The position numbers and the translations under genes are program-made. Shown one piece after another: positions 30,316-39,515 of a stretch of DNA of 64,000 nt (its first letter is position 1; each line of letters opens with the position of its first letter). Origin of the DNA: an uncultured delta proteobacterium (lineage in GTDB: Bacteria; Desulfobacterota; RBG-13-43-22); assembly GCA_963790475.1 (NCBI GenBank), contig CAWBOS010000010.1, forward strand, positions 1,600,001 through 1,664,000, given 5' to 3'. The notes beneath the pieces are model-generated. The model saw nothing but the letters and a program-made list of their open reading frames with translations. It made no database searches and had not been told where the DNA came from.

Positions 30316-30478
30316 TTTACAATTTCCAAAAACGTGTATAATGAAGGTCCATTCAAAAGCCAAATCAGTAAGGTAGCCTGTCTTTCAGAATCGCCGCTTT
30401 ACCATAAAGGAGGGGCAAAAATATGGAGGAATTTTAAAAATCCTGTTTCTCAACCAAGAGGCGGGGTTTTTAATTTTT
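30316..30478 (+). promoter_or_regulatory. Candidate attenuator leader upstream of the MgtC gene
   Basis: TATAAT at 30337, SD AAAGGAGG plus mini-ORF MEEF (30423-30437), terminator-like hairpin 30435-30472 followed by a T-rich run. Confidence 0.4.
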
Positions 30479-30595
30479 GATGAATCGCCCAGAGATTTAA
30501 AGAATGAACGATAAAAAAAAGACAAAACCGTTTGAAATAATATCTATTATATAAGAACAACATTCCGTGAGTCTTATCCAGATTGGAGTTTATCA

Positions 30596-31288
30596 ATGGG
30601 CAGCTTTTTTTTCAATGTTCTGACTCACTTAGTGGTGGCGATGATCGCCGGAGGGCTTGTAGGGCTTGAAAGGACTTATAATGGGCATGCTGCAGGATTC
30701 CGCACTCACACTCTTGTATGCATGGCTTCGAGCCTCCTCATGCTTGTCACGGTTTACCAAGGCCAGTGGTTTTCTGGTGCCATGCCCGAGACCGTACGGA
30801 TTGACCCCACACGTATGGCTCAGGGGATTATGACCGGCATCGGTTTTCTCGGCGCCGGAGTTATCATGAAAGAGGGACTTTCGATACGGGGCCTGACAAC
30901 CGCAGCATCAATATGGATTACCGCAGCAATAGGGATTCTTGCAGGTGTTGCCTTTTACAACGCAGTAATCATCGTGACTATCCTAACCCTTGGTACCCTC
31001 ACTATTTTTCGTTGGATCGAGTCAAAAATACCTACCCTTATTTATGCTCATAACTCACTGCGTTTCCCCCGGGAGATGACAATGTCTGAAGCGGACTTGC
31101 GAACTCTTTTAACTCAACATGGATTCAATGTCGTAGAACTAAGCTACTCTCTTACAGATGAAGGGAAGTTCTTCGAATACGACTTGCTGATTCGTACTCG
31201 AAAAGAGGAAAACATATTGCGTCTCTCACAAACTTTATCAAGACTCGACTCAGTCAAGGGATTTCGCATCTCCCTGACCGGAGACTGA
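30596..31288 (+). CDS. MgtC/SapB family membrane protein
   Basis: GLER..AGFRTH, DPTRMAQGIMTGIGFLGAG, GLTTAASIW. Confidence 0.93.
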   Translation: MGSFFFNVLTHLVVAMIAGGLVGLERTYNGHAAGFRTHTLVCMASSLLMLVTVYQGQWFSGAMPETVRIDPTRMAQGIMTGIGFLGAGVIMKEGLSIRGLTTAASIWITAAIGILAGVAFYNAVIIVTILTLGTLTIFRWIESKIPTLIYAHNSLRFPREMTMSEADLRTLLTQHGFNVVELSYSLTDEGKFFEYDLLIRTRKEENILRLSQTLSRLDSVKGFRISLTGD

Positions 31289-31460
31289 GGCGGTCCCCAA
31301 AAATTGGAATGGTGAGGCAATTTTCGAGGAACTTAAGGGGTCTTCCGCAAACTTCCATTAATCTTCCCCCTTTTAACCTTTCCCCCCCAAAAAAGTCTGA
31401 TCTATTAAAAATAGGCTATCGGAAAACTATTAAAATTGAGATGAGATTGATTCGCAAAAA

Positions 31461-31540
31461 GTCGTCGCCCCGGCGAAAGCCGGGGACCAGGAGATTAAAA
31501 CTACCTAAAATCACTGGATTCCGGCTTTCACCGGAATGAC
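31461..31540. repeat. Family A REP-like repeat
   Basis: GTCGTCGCCCCGGCGAAAGCCGGGGACCAG..CTGGATTCCGGCTTTCACCGGAATGAC. Confidence 0.78.
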
Positions 31541-31679
31541 TAATGCGGATTTCGGCGACTTTTTGCGAGTTCATCAGATAAAGGTCTTGACAAGCGGCAC
31601 ACCGCTGATCATTTTATTCCCTGAAAAAATCTTAAAAATAAAGAATCATTACAGTCAGTTAGATCGAGAAGGAAAAGCA

Positions 31680-33131
31680 ATGAAAATAAGAAAAAATATT
31701 ATCATTTCCTTGTGGCTGTGGTCGCTGATTCTGACCCTGCTCGCGGCCCCTGGGGAGATCATGGCCCAAGGCCCGGACTCGGGCGATCCAATGCCTTTCC
31801 GCCAGGAAGAACTGGACCAGATGCTGGCGCCCATCGCCCTCTATCCGGATGACCTTTTGTCAGAGGTCCTGATCGCGGCGACTTATCCCCTGGAGGTGGT
31901 CGAGGCCGCCCGCTGGATTCAAGCCAATCCTAATTTAGGGGGGGACCAACTGGCAGCCGCCCTGGAACAAAAAGACTGGGACCCCAGCGTGAAATCCCTG
32001 GTCAACTTCCCCTCTGTCTTACAGATGATGAGCGACAACCTGGAGTGGACCGAGATGCTGGGGGACGCCTTCCTGGCCGGGGAAGACCAGGTGATAGACA
32101 CGATCCAGAGGCTCAGGCAGAAGGCCCAGTCCCAAGGCTACCTCAGGAGCACTAATGAGCTAGTGGTGGATTCTGATCCTCAGACCCGGGAGATCATCAT
32201 CGAGCCGTACGACCCGGAGGTGGTCTACGTTCCGGTCTATGACCCGATGGTCGTTTACGGCCCATGGTGGTGGCCGGCTTATCCGCCTTTTCATTACTAC
32301 CCGCGAGGGAGAATCACCCCCGGTCGGTTCATCGGATTCGGCTCTGGGGTGCGGATTGGTGTGGCCTGGGGTTATGCCTGGGGCGGCTGTGACTGGCACA
32401 ATCACCGGGTGATGATCAACATCACCAGAAACATACGCCTTAATAATCGCATCGACCGCAACCGGTATACGCCTCACTTCAACGTTGATAGAGGCGGCCG
32501 AGGGGTCTGGGTGCATGATCCTGATCACCGTCGGGGGGTGGCCTACCGGACTCCGGCCATCGCCCGGCAGTTCGGAAGGGGGCCTCTGCCCGGTTCGGAC
32601 ACCCGTCGCGGCTTCAGAGGGTATGATCGTCCAGTTCCTGGAGGAGTTATCCCCCGGGGAGTTAGCCGTCCAAGCACCGAGCAACCCCAGGGATTCCCCA
32701 GACCCTCCGCGCTTGAACCGGCCAGACCGATCACACCTGTTCCACAACCAAGGGTAACTACCAGTCCAACACCGAGGGTAACCCCTATTCCACAACCAAG
32801 GGAAACCCCCAGTCAACGGATTGGTAGACCTGAGCTACGAAGACAACCCCCTCCCCCTGTTCAACAGCCGCAGCCTGCTCCGCGTCCGGTTCTCACGCGT
32901 CCGGAGGGTTTCAGACCGCCTCCCGCCCAGATACATCGTGAAGTTCAAGGGCTTCAAGGGCCTACGGTCTTTGGCGGTTCCGGTCCCGGCGGTCAGACGC
33001 GGGAGGATAGCCATCGAGGGCATGAAAGCCTCTCCGGGACAAGGCCCGAGCGCCAAGGGCCCGAAGGTGGCAGACCCGAAAGAGGAGGCGGGCATCCAGG
33101 TGGTGAAAATCCAAGAGGGCGCGGCAAATGA
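31680..33131 (+). CDS. DUF3300-domain exported protein with Pro/Arg/Gly-rich tail
   Basis: Signal peptide, ELDQMLAPIALYPDDLL, WDPSVKSL, VVYVPVYDP..VYGPW. Confidence 0.88.
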   Translation: MKIRKNIIISLWLWSLILTLLAAPGEIMAQGPDSGDPMPFRQEELDQMLAPIALYPDDLLSEVLIAATYPLEVVEAARWIQANPNLGGDQLAAALEQKDWDPSVKSLVNFPSVLQMMSDNLEWTEMLGDAFLAGEDQVIDTIQRLRQKAQSQGYLRSTNELVVDSDPQTREIIIEPYDPEVVYVPVYDPMVVYGPWWWPAYPPFHYYPRGRITPGRFIGFGSGVRIGVAWGYAWGGCDWHNHRVMINITRNIRLNNRIDRNRYTPHFNVDRGGRGVWVHDPDHRRGVAYRTPAIARQFGRGPLPGSDTRRGFRGYDRPVPGGVIPRGVSRPSTEQPQGFPRPSALEPARPITPVPQPRVTTSPTPRVTPIPQPRETPSQRIGRPELRRQPPPPVQQPQPAPRPVLTRPEGFRPPPAQIHREVQGLQGPTVFGGSGPGGQTREDSHRGHESLSGTRPERQGPEGGRPERGGGHPGGENPRGRGK

Positions 33132-34165
33132 GATTTGACCAAAGGCCCCAAATGCCTAGGGAGGATATAGTGATGTGTCGATCCAAAGAGACTGCAGAAA
33201 AAGGTTGGTTCAAAAACAAGGGAATAACTGTGGCCGCCATCGTTCTTACCGTTGCCTTTATAGGCGGCAACGTCTATGCCAGGACCCCCAGGAACCAGAA
33301 AGGCTATTCTTCTCCGCAAGAGGCCGTCAAGGCCATGGTGGATGCGGTCAGGACCGATGATACCCGATCCCTCCTGAGGATATTAGGACCCGGAAGCAAG
33401 GCCCTTATTCTATCCGGGGATCCGGTGCAGGATGAGGCAGGAAGGGAACGGTTCATCAAACGTTTCCAGGAGAAAAACAGGCTGGAAGAGGTCTCCGGAA
33501 AGGCCACGCTTCTCCTGGGAAAAGATGACTGGCCTTTTTCCATCCCTATCGTCAAAACCGAAACAGGATGGAAGTTTGATACCCGGGCAGGCAGACAGGA
33601 GATACTGGCCCGTAGGGTCGGGCGCAATGAATTGAATGCCATTCAGGTTTGCCTGGCTTATGTGGATGCTCAGAAGGAATATGCCCTGCGGCAGGGCCGC
33701 CAGGGAAAGGGCCTTCTTGAATACGCCCAGGAGTTCATCAGTACGCCGGGCAAACAGGATGGCCTTTATTGGGAGGCCGGCGAAGGCCAGGAGCAAAGCC
33801 CCATGGGGCCCCTTTTTGCCGCTGCCCGGGATGAGGGCTACAGCGGGAAACTCATGGCCGACACCCCGATGCCTTACCACGGATATCTCTACCGAATTCT
33901 CAAAGCTCAGGGTCAAAAGGCTCCGGGCGGCGCCCGTGATTATGTGGTCGAGGGCAAGATGATTGGTGGTTTCGCTCTTATCGCCTACCCGGCGCGATAT
34001 GGCTCTTCGGGAGTCGTGACCTTCATGGTCAATCAGGATGGAGCCGTATTTCAAAAGGACCTGGGTAAGAACAGCAGAACGATCATACAAACCATAACGG
34101 TCTTTGATCCTGATGAGACTTGGGTGCGTGTAACCCCCAAGTATAATAAGGACACACAAAAATAA
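33128..34165 (+). CDS. DUF2950 family protein
   Basis: DWPFSIPIVK, RRVGRNEL, DGLYW, PYHGYLYRIL, GFALIAYPARYGSSGV; usual partner of DUF3300. Confidence 0.88.
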   Translation: MRFDQRPQMPREDIVMCRSKETAEKGWFKNKGITVAAIVLTVAFIGGNVYARTPRNQKGYSSPQEAVKAMVDAVRTDDTRSLLRILGPGSKALILSGDPVQDEAGRERFIKRFQEKNRLEEVSGKATLLLGKDDWPFSIPIVKTETGWKFDTRAGRQEILARRVGRNELNAIQVCLAYVDAQKEYALRQGRQGKGLLEYAQEFISTPGKQDGLYWEAGEGQEQSPMGPLFAAARDEGYSGKLMADTPMPYHGYLYRILKAQGQKAPGGARDYVVEGKMIGGFALIAYPARYGSSGVVTFMVNQDGAVFQKDLGKNSRTIIQTITVFDPDETWVRVTPKYNKDTQK

Positions 34166-34435
34166 CTCGGAAGAGCTGCAAAAAATAATGACAATCTGAA
34201 AAATTGTTCGGACCGAAACTTTAAGAAGTTTAATTTCGGGATAACATTATTACTGATAATCTCGTAATATGTCGTCATGCCGGTGAAAACCGGTCCCGCC
34301 TATAATTGTGCCATATGGCATTGAATGGTAAAATGATGATCATGATTGGTAAAGGAGTTAAGTCTACCCAGGCGAAGAAATCCAAGCCACGGGTTAGACC
34401 GAAATCCGTTTTTCAACCTCAAGGGGAGGACCGGC

Positions 34436-35257
34436 ATGATCAACAACTCAGCACTCCAAAAATGGGATCGACTGGCCCAGAAACAATTGGATCGACAGTT
34501 CATGAATGAAATCATCCAAGGTCTGCAATGCTCGCCTTTCGAAGCCGGTGCCATCCTGGACACCGTCTACAAAGTGTATCGACCTTATTTTGAAACCAGT
34601 GGCACGCTTAAGCCAGGGCAATTACTCTTTCAGGTAATTGCGGTGGAAGCGTCCCCGAATAAACCTTTAGCTCAGGGCCGACAAGTGACCGTAACGCTGA
34701 CTCTCGATTCCGGTCCGGAGGACCTGAAGATCCGAAAGCAAAAAGGGATCATCGGACTCAGGCAGCACCGACTCCAGCGGGTTTGTCACGAAGCCTTCCA
34801 ACAAGGAGGCTTGTTGACCCTGGAGGACTTGGCCAATCGGTTGTTCAATTGTGGCGAAAGAACCCTGTCTCGAGATCTACAGGCCCTCCAAGAAAAAAAG
34901 GTTCTCTTGCCCCTTCGTTCCACGATTAAAGATATGGGCCGTTCCATTTCCCATCGTAACCTAATCGTCCAGGAATGGCTCCAAGGAAAAGAATATACCG
35001 AAATCGCTCAGACCACCCATCATAGTATTCCTGCCATAAAAAACTATATCGACAAATTCAAACGGGTCATCGCTTTAACCGAGGAAGGATTTGACCGCCA
35101 TACCATCGCCTTCCTGGTCAAACTTTCGGCTCAACTGGTTGAAGTCTATTATCAGCTTTATCAAACTCTTACGATCGTTCCTCATCGGAAAGAAGAATTG
35201 CGCCTTTTTCTAAAAAAAAAGAGCCCCTTCCCGACGCCGCCCAGGAGGATCCGATGA
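34436..35257 (+). CDS. DUF1670-type protein, ORF A
   Basis: LKPGQ, EAFQQGGLLTLEDL, PLRSTIKDMGRSISH, EIAQTTHHSIPAIKNY; SD GGGAGG before the ATG at 34436. Confidence 0.78.
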   Translation: MINNSALQKWDRLAQKQLDRQFMNEIIQGLQCSPFEAGAILDTVYKVYRPYFETSGTLKPGQLLFQVIAVEASPNKPLAQGRQVTVTLTLDSGPEDLKIRKQKGIIGLRQHRLQRVCHEAFQQGGLLTLEDLANRLFNCGERTLSRDLQALQEKKVLLPLRSTIKDMGRSISHRNLIVQEWLQGKEYTEIAQTTHHSIPAIKNYIDKFKRVIALTEEGFDRHTIAFLVKLSAQLVEVYYQLYQTLTIVPHRKEELRLFLKKKSPFPTPPRRIR

Positions 35258-36003
35258 TTAAAGCGCCGGACAGTCAAAAACGATATAACGCCGCCAGAGA
35301 TCGCTTCCTCCAGGCGGGAATGATCAACTTTTTCGCCCGTGAATTCCCCAAACTCTTTGGCCCAGTGATGCGGCAAAAACTGGCCGAAGAAATTGTTGGT
35401 CTTTTTGAAAGCCTATCCCCGGAAGTCAAGCGACTGAAACCGGGGCAAATCCTTTGGAATGCCCTGGACCAGAAAACACGGGGCGATTCACCCCGCCGCA
35501 GATATGTTCCGGTCGTGTTATCCATCATTACCCCGGAGGATGTAGAACGACTGGCTCAAGGCCAGCCCCTGTCCCAGATCGCTGAAAAGGCCATCGCCCG
35601 CATAATCTTGGAAGCTCATGACCAAGGCGGCATCCTTTCCATGCGCGATATCGGCTTGCTCCTCTTAAAACATCCATCCCAGGTCTCTCGGTTAAGAAAA
35701 AATTATGAGAAAGATCAGGGCTGCACTCTGCCGCATACCGGTGCCTTACATGACATGGGATCTTGTCTGTCCCATAAAACCACCATTCTGCAGAAGGTAC
35801 TTGTCGAAAAAAAAGATCCGGCCGATGTCGCCAGAGAATGTCGTCATACTCAGCAAGCGGTCGACCGATACCTTAAAGACTATCATCGTGTTAAAACGGT
35901 TTATGACCAAAACCAAGACCTAAATTATATCCATATCGTAACCGGATTAGCCAAACATGTGGTTAAACAGTACATTAACATCGTCAATCATGAAAACTTT
36001 TAA
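35254..36003 (+). CDS. DUF1670-type protein, ORF B
   Basis: LKPGQ, EAHDQGGILSMRDI, LPHTGALHDMGSCLSH, DVARECRHTQQAVDRY; ATGA overlap with ORF A; SD AGGAGG. Confidence 0.78.
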   Translation: MIKAPDSQKRYNAARDRFLQAGMINFFAREFPKLFGPVMRQKLAEEIVGLFESLSPEVKRLKPGQILWNALDQKTRGDSPRRRYVPVVLSIITPEDVERLAQGQPLSQIAEKAIARIILEAHDQGGILSMRDIGLLLLKHPSQVSRLRKNYEKDQGCTLPHTGALHDMGSCLSHKTTILQKVLVEKKDPADVARECRHTQQAVDRYLKDYHRVKTVYDQNQDLNYIHIVTGLAKHVVKQYINIVNHENF

Positions 36004-36398
36004 CTTGACCCGCCATTTGGCGATAACTTTGGCGGGATGGATTCCGACTTTCGTCAGAATGACAAAAATATGCTTTCCGTTATTTTTTCGAGATCATTTT
36101 TGATCGATTCCGATATTTTAAGGATTACAATTCCATATATTTTACTGCCGTAGTAGTATTTAACCCCTTCCTGTTTTTACCGCTCCTCCCCATATTCTTT
36201 TTTTTCAAATTTAGACCGATAGTAATGCTAATAAATCAGCACTGTAGATTGATAGGCTTTAAAGAATAAGCTTAAAAATCTATTGGTGATAAAAATTGAA
36301 ATTTGTATTACTATATAAATTGCTTCTTTAATTGATCCGATCATAAGGCGATTTAGTCGTTATCCGACCCTGAAACAAAAAAGGAAGGGAAAGAAGAG

Positions 36399-37511
36399 AT
36401 GAATTCTATTACCTGGTCGCCAGGTCTGATAAGTAATTTAGTCGAGATTCTTAAGACGGGAATTCTCTTAACAGACAATCACGGGTGGATCCGCTTTACT
36501 AACCATTTGGCAAATGGTCTATTGGGTTATCCCCAAGATTATTTGAACGGTAAATCGATCGAGACCCTTTTTTTGCCTGAAGATACCCGGGTTTTCCTAC
36601 CCAATATCTTGAGATTGACCCGGGACAACACCGGCTTTGATGGGGAGGTCCTTTTAAGGAAGAAGGATGGAAATTCCATTTTTGTTAACTGTTCCACGGC
36701 CCTTTATAAGGATAATTCCACAGGCCATGAGTTAATCATATTCGCTCTGCAAGATATCACCCCTTTTAAAAAAATGGAAAAGAAACAAATCGAATCGGAG
36801 AGATTTGTCGGGCTAGGAATGATGACCGATCAAATTTCCCACCAGATTCGAAATCCTATTACTGCCATAGGGGGATTCGCTTTACGTTTGGCCAGGGATC
36901 AGATATCGCCTGAGGAGTATGCTGATTACACCAAAATTATTCACAATGAAGCCAAACGATTGGAGCACATCATCGATCGATTGGTGGAATTTGCCAACGT
37001 TCACTCCGACCGTTTTTTTGCTTTAACACTTGCTGAGGTTTTTGACGAGGTAAGGAAGGCCTCCCAGCTTGAACTGGAAAATAATTCGGTTAGAATTAAA
37101 TTCCCTGATTCAGCGACTTTACCGGTTAAACCCCTTTATGTTGATCTAGGCCTTATCGAGCAAGCCTTGCGGTGCATTGTTCAAAATGGTTTGGAGGCCA
37201 GCCCCAATGAGGGTGAGGTAACGGTAACCGGTGATATTATCGAGAATCACGTACTGATCGGGGTTAAGGATCATGGAGAAGGGATCGAGCCTGAACACCT
37301 TCCTTTCATCTTCGACCCCTTTTTTACTACGAAATTTAACCGCCTGGGCCTGGGGCTCACCATGGCTCAGCGAATTGTTCAGGTTCATAAAGGTCATATT
37401 GATGTTGATAGTGTCCCTAAGGAAGGAACCAAAATCAGCATAATTCTTCCCCTTGATCGTCGACGGGAGATTAGAACCAGGCTTTTCCAGAAAAAACCTT
37501 TGGCTATTTAA
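36399..37511 (+). CDS. Cytoplasmic PAS sensor histidine kinase
   Basis: PAS domain, H-box ISHQIRNP, DHGEGI, FDPFFTTK, GLGL. Confidence 0.9.
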   Translation: MNSITWSPGLISNLVEILKTGILLTDNHGWIRFTNHLANGLLGYPQDYLNGKSIETLFLPEDTRVFLPNILRLTRDNTGFDGEVLLRKKDGNSIFVNCSTALYKDNSTGHELIIFALQDITPFKKMEKKQIESERFVGLGMMTDQISHQIRNPITAIGGFALRLARDQISPEEYADYTKIIHNEAKRLEHIIDRLVEFANVHSDRFFALTLAEVFDEVRKASQLELENNSVRIKFPDSATLPVKPLYVDLGLIEQALRCIVQNGLEASPNEGEVTVTGDIIENHVLIGVKDHGEGIEPEHLPFIFDPFFTTKFNRLGLGLTMAQRIVQVHKGHIDVDSVPKEGTKISIILPLDRRREIRTRLFQKKPLAI

Positions 37512-37825
37512 GATGTCCGCAAGATCCCCCCGGATGATGCTGTGCATTAAAATACCCCTGGAGATCAATCTTGAGTCAGTTAACAACATTAGGGTAAAGG
37601 GGCAGGCCGACTCGGGGTGACATTGAAGCCTCTGCATTGGAGAGGAAATGAAGGGGTTGGATTGTCTTCCCTTGCCTTTTAGGCAACTTGCGATGGGAAG
37701 AAGCGGGAGGCAAGATAATGTTGCCATAAAAGAGAATATGAAAACAACTTCTACTAAGATATTGACGCCAAGAGTGTATCGAGGAATGTCTCCTGAATCT
37801 TTAATGAAAAATAGAATGAGGGGTT

Positions 37826-38947
37826 ATGTTTAATCTTATAAAAGTCAGAGAACAATTTGGAAAAGAGTGTACCGGCTGCGGTCTTTGTTTGGAAAAGTGT
37901 CCCATAATCTCCAAGACGGAGCTTAAGGGTGTTGATCCCCAAAAGATTATGGGTGAGGTACTCGATCTCTTCGTAAATAAGAAGGTCGGAGAACTGGCCA
38001 GAAAGAAAATTTATTCCTGCCTCTATTGTTATACCTGCACGGCATCCTGCCCCCAAGGCCTTACTCCGGCCCTTGGCTTTGCCGTCGCCAAGGCGATTCT
38101 CCAGGAAATCGGAGACCCCGTGCCCAAAGGCGTGTCCTCGATTCTAAAAGTTGCTGAGGAATTGATCGCCATGGCCTTGCCGTCTTATCAGGAACATCTC
38201 CGGGAGGAGGATTGGCTAATAACAGAAATAAATAAGAAACCGATACCGCCAATCAAAACCATTCTCTTCTCCAGTTGCTTCGGACTCATCCAAAGGGAGG
38301 TCTTGATTACTGCGGTTAAGATATTAAAGCGCATCGATCCCTCCCTCAAAGTCTTGGGAGGCTTTGATTACTGTTGCGGGGAACTCCAGCTTATTGCCGG
38401 CCGTCCCGAAGAAGCCGATAGACAATTTTCCAAACTGATGGAGGGGCTGAACACCCTTTCCCCGGAAAAAGTGGTGACTTTCTGTCCCACCTGTAACATG
38501 AATTTCGATCATCATAATCCGAAAACCACCTGGTCATGGACTTTTATTACCGACTTTATTGCCGAACACCTGGATGAGCTTGGACCCTTTAAGGAGATTG
38601 AAACCACCGTTACCATTCATGACCCCTGCCACTTTGTCCGTGGAGTAAAACCCGGCTCAGACTCCCCCAGAAAGATATTAAATGCCATACCGGGAATTAA
38701 GATCATCGAAATGGAAAACAGCCGGGAAGAAACCTGGTGTTGCGGAGGCTACGCTATCGGCGGATCGGGAAAGCCGAGGTTGGATTTCCGGGATGGCAGG
38801 CTTAAACAGGCCCAAGATACCGGTGCCGATATCTTGGGCCTTTATTGTCCCGGTTGTCTGATGGTCTTAGGACCGGAGGGACCTAAGCATAACTTAAAAA
38901 TTGACTCCCTGCTTACTCTCCTGGGTAAGTCCATAGGGATAAAATAA
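37826..38947 (+). CDS. HdrD/GlpC-like Fe-S protein with CCG domains
   Basis: CTGCGLCLEKCP, CLYCYTCTASCP, YCCG, HDPCH, WCCGG, CPGC. Confidence 0.88.
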   Translation: MFNLIKVREQFGKECTGCGLCLEKCPIISKTELKGVDPQKIMGEVLDLFVNKKVGELARKKIYSCLYCYTCTASCPQGLTPALGFAVAKAILQEIGDPVPKGVSSILKVAEELIAMALPSYQEHLREEDWLITEINKKPIPPIKTILFSSCFGLIQREVLITAVKILKRIDPSLKVLGGFDYCCGELQLIAGRPEEADRQFSKLMEGLNTLSPEKVVTFCPTCNMNFDHHNPKTTWSWTFITDFIAEHLDELGPFKEIETTVTIHDPCHFVRGVKPGSDSPRKILNAIPGIKIIEMENSREETWCCGGYAIGGSGKPRLDFRDGRLKQAQDTGADILGLYCPGCLMVLGPEGPKHNLKIDSLLTLLGKSIGIK

Positions 38948-38979
38948 GAAAACCTTTTCAGTTTAAAATTGGAAACGAC

Positions 38980-39402
38980 CTATTTCTCCCCCCCGGCCAG
39001 TTTTATCATTTTGGCCGAATTCGGAGTAAGGGGCTTGCCGTCAGCCTTAACATTGTTGGCCTGAAGGGCAAAGGAGATGATATCCAGATATTCATTGTCC
39101 TTCAAGCTGCCAGGCTTGTTAGCCGGCATATTTTTCTTTGCGAATTCATAGGCTTGACCGGCCGTCTTCATCTTCGGCAGGTATCCCGGACCGGCTACCG
39201 GAGAAGTCTTGGTACCGGCTATTTTACCGAATTGCGCGGGAACCGTGCCACCCTCGCCATTGGCCCCATGGCAGATCGCACAATTTTTGCCATAAAGCGC
39301 CTTCCCATTTGAGGCCTGCTCGGTGGTGTAGGCAAAAGCCGGTGCCACCCCAAAAACCACAATCACTAAACACAGAATCAACCGCCAGCTCTTTTGCGAC
39401 AT
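38980..39402 (-). CDS. Monoheme cytochrome c
   Basis: Signal peptide, CAICH heme motif, distal Met in NMPANKPG. Confidence 0.88.
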   Translation of the reverse strand: MSQKSWRLILCLVIVVFGVAPAFAYTTEQASNGKALYGKNCAICHGANGEGGTVPAQFGKIAGTKTSPVAGPGYLPKMKTAGQAYEFAKKNMPANKPGSLKDNEYLDIISFALQANNVKADGKPLTPNSAKMIKLAGGEK

Positions 39403-39515
39403 TTTTGTCCTCCTTCTTGGATTATTTTTGATAAACCTATCACAACGAGAAAAGAAATTAAATAATATGGATTTGGTATTTTTAGGAAAAAAAGGTTGTA
39501 GTTAAATAATTCCGA

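Larger units (their letters stand above)
34294..36037 (+). mobile_element. Putative novel IS-like element encoding two DUF1670-type proteins
   Basis: 26-bp imperfect IRs TCCCGCC-N9-GCCAWATGGC (34294-34319, 36012-36037); interrupts a family A REP (left half 34271-34293, right half 36038-36063); no DR. Confidence 0.72.

Noticed and set aside
30360-30480. M-box (ykoK) riboswitch before MgtC
   Set aside because: Does not show the UAGGUGAGGC..UAAAGC consensus; kept only as a candidate attenuator
37146-37727. 193-aa minus-strand ORF
   Set aside because: Largely antisense to the kinase gene; no recognisable motif or SD
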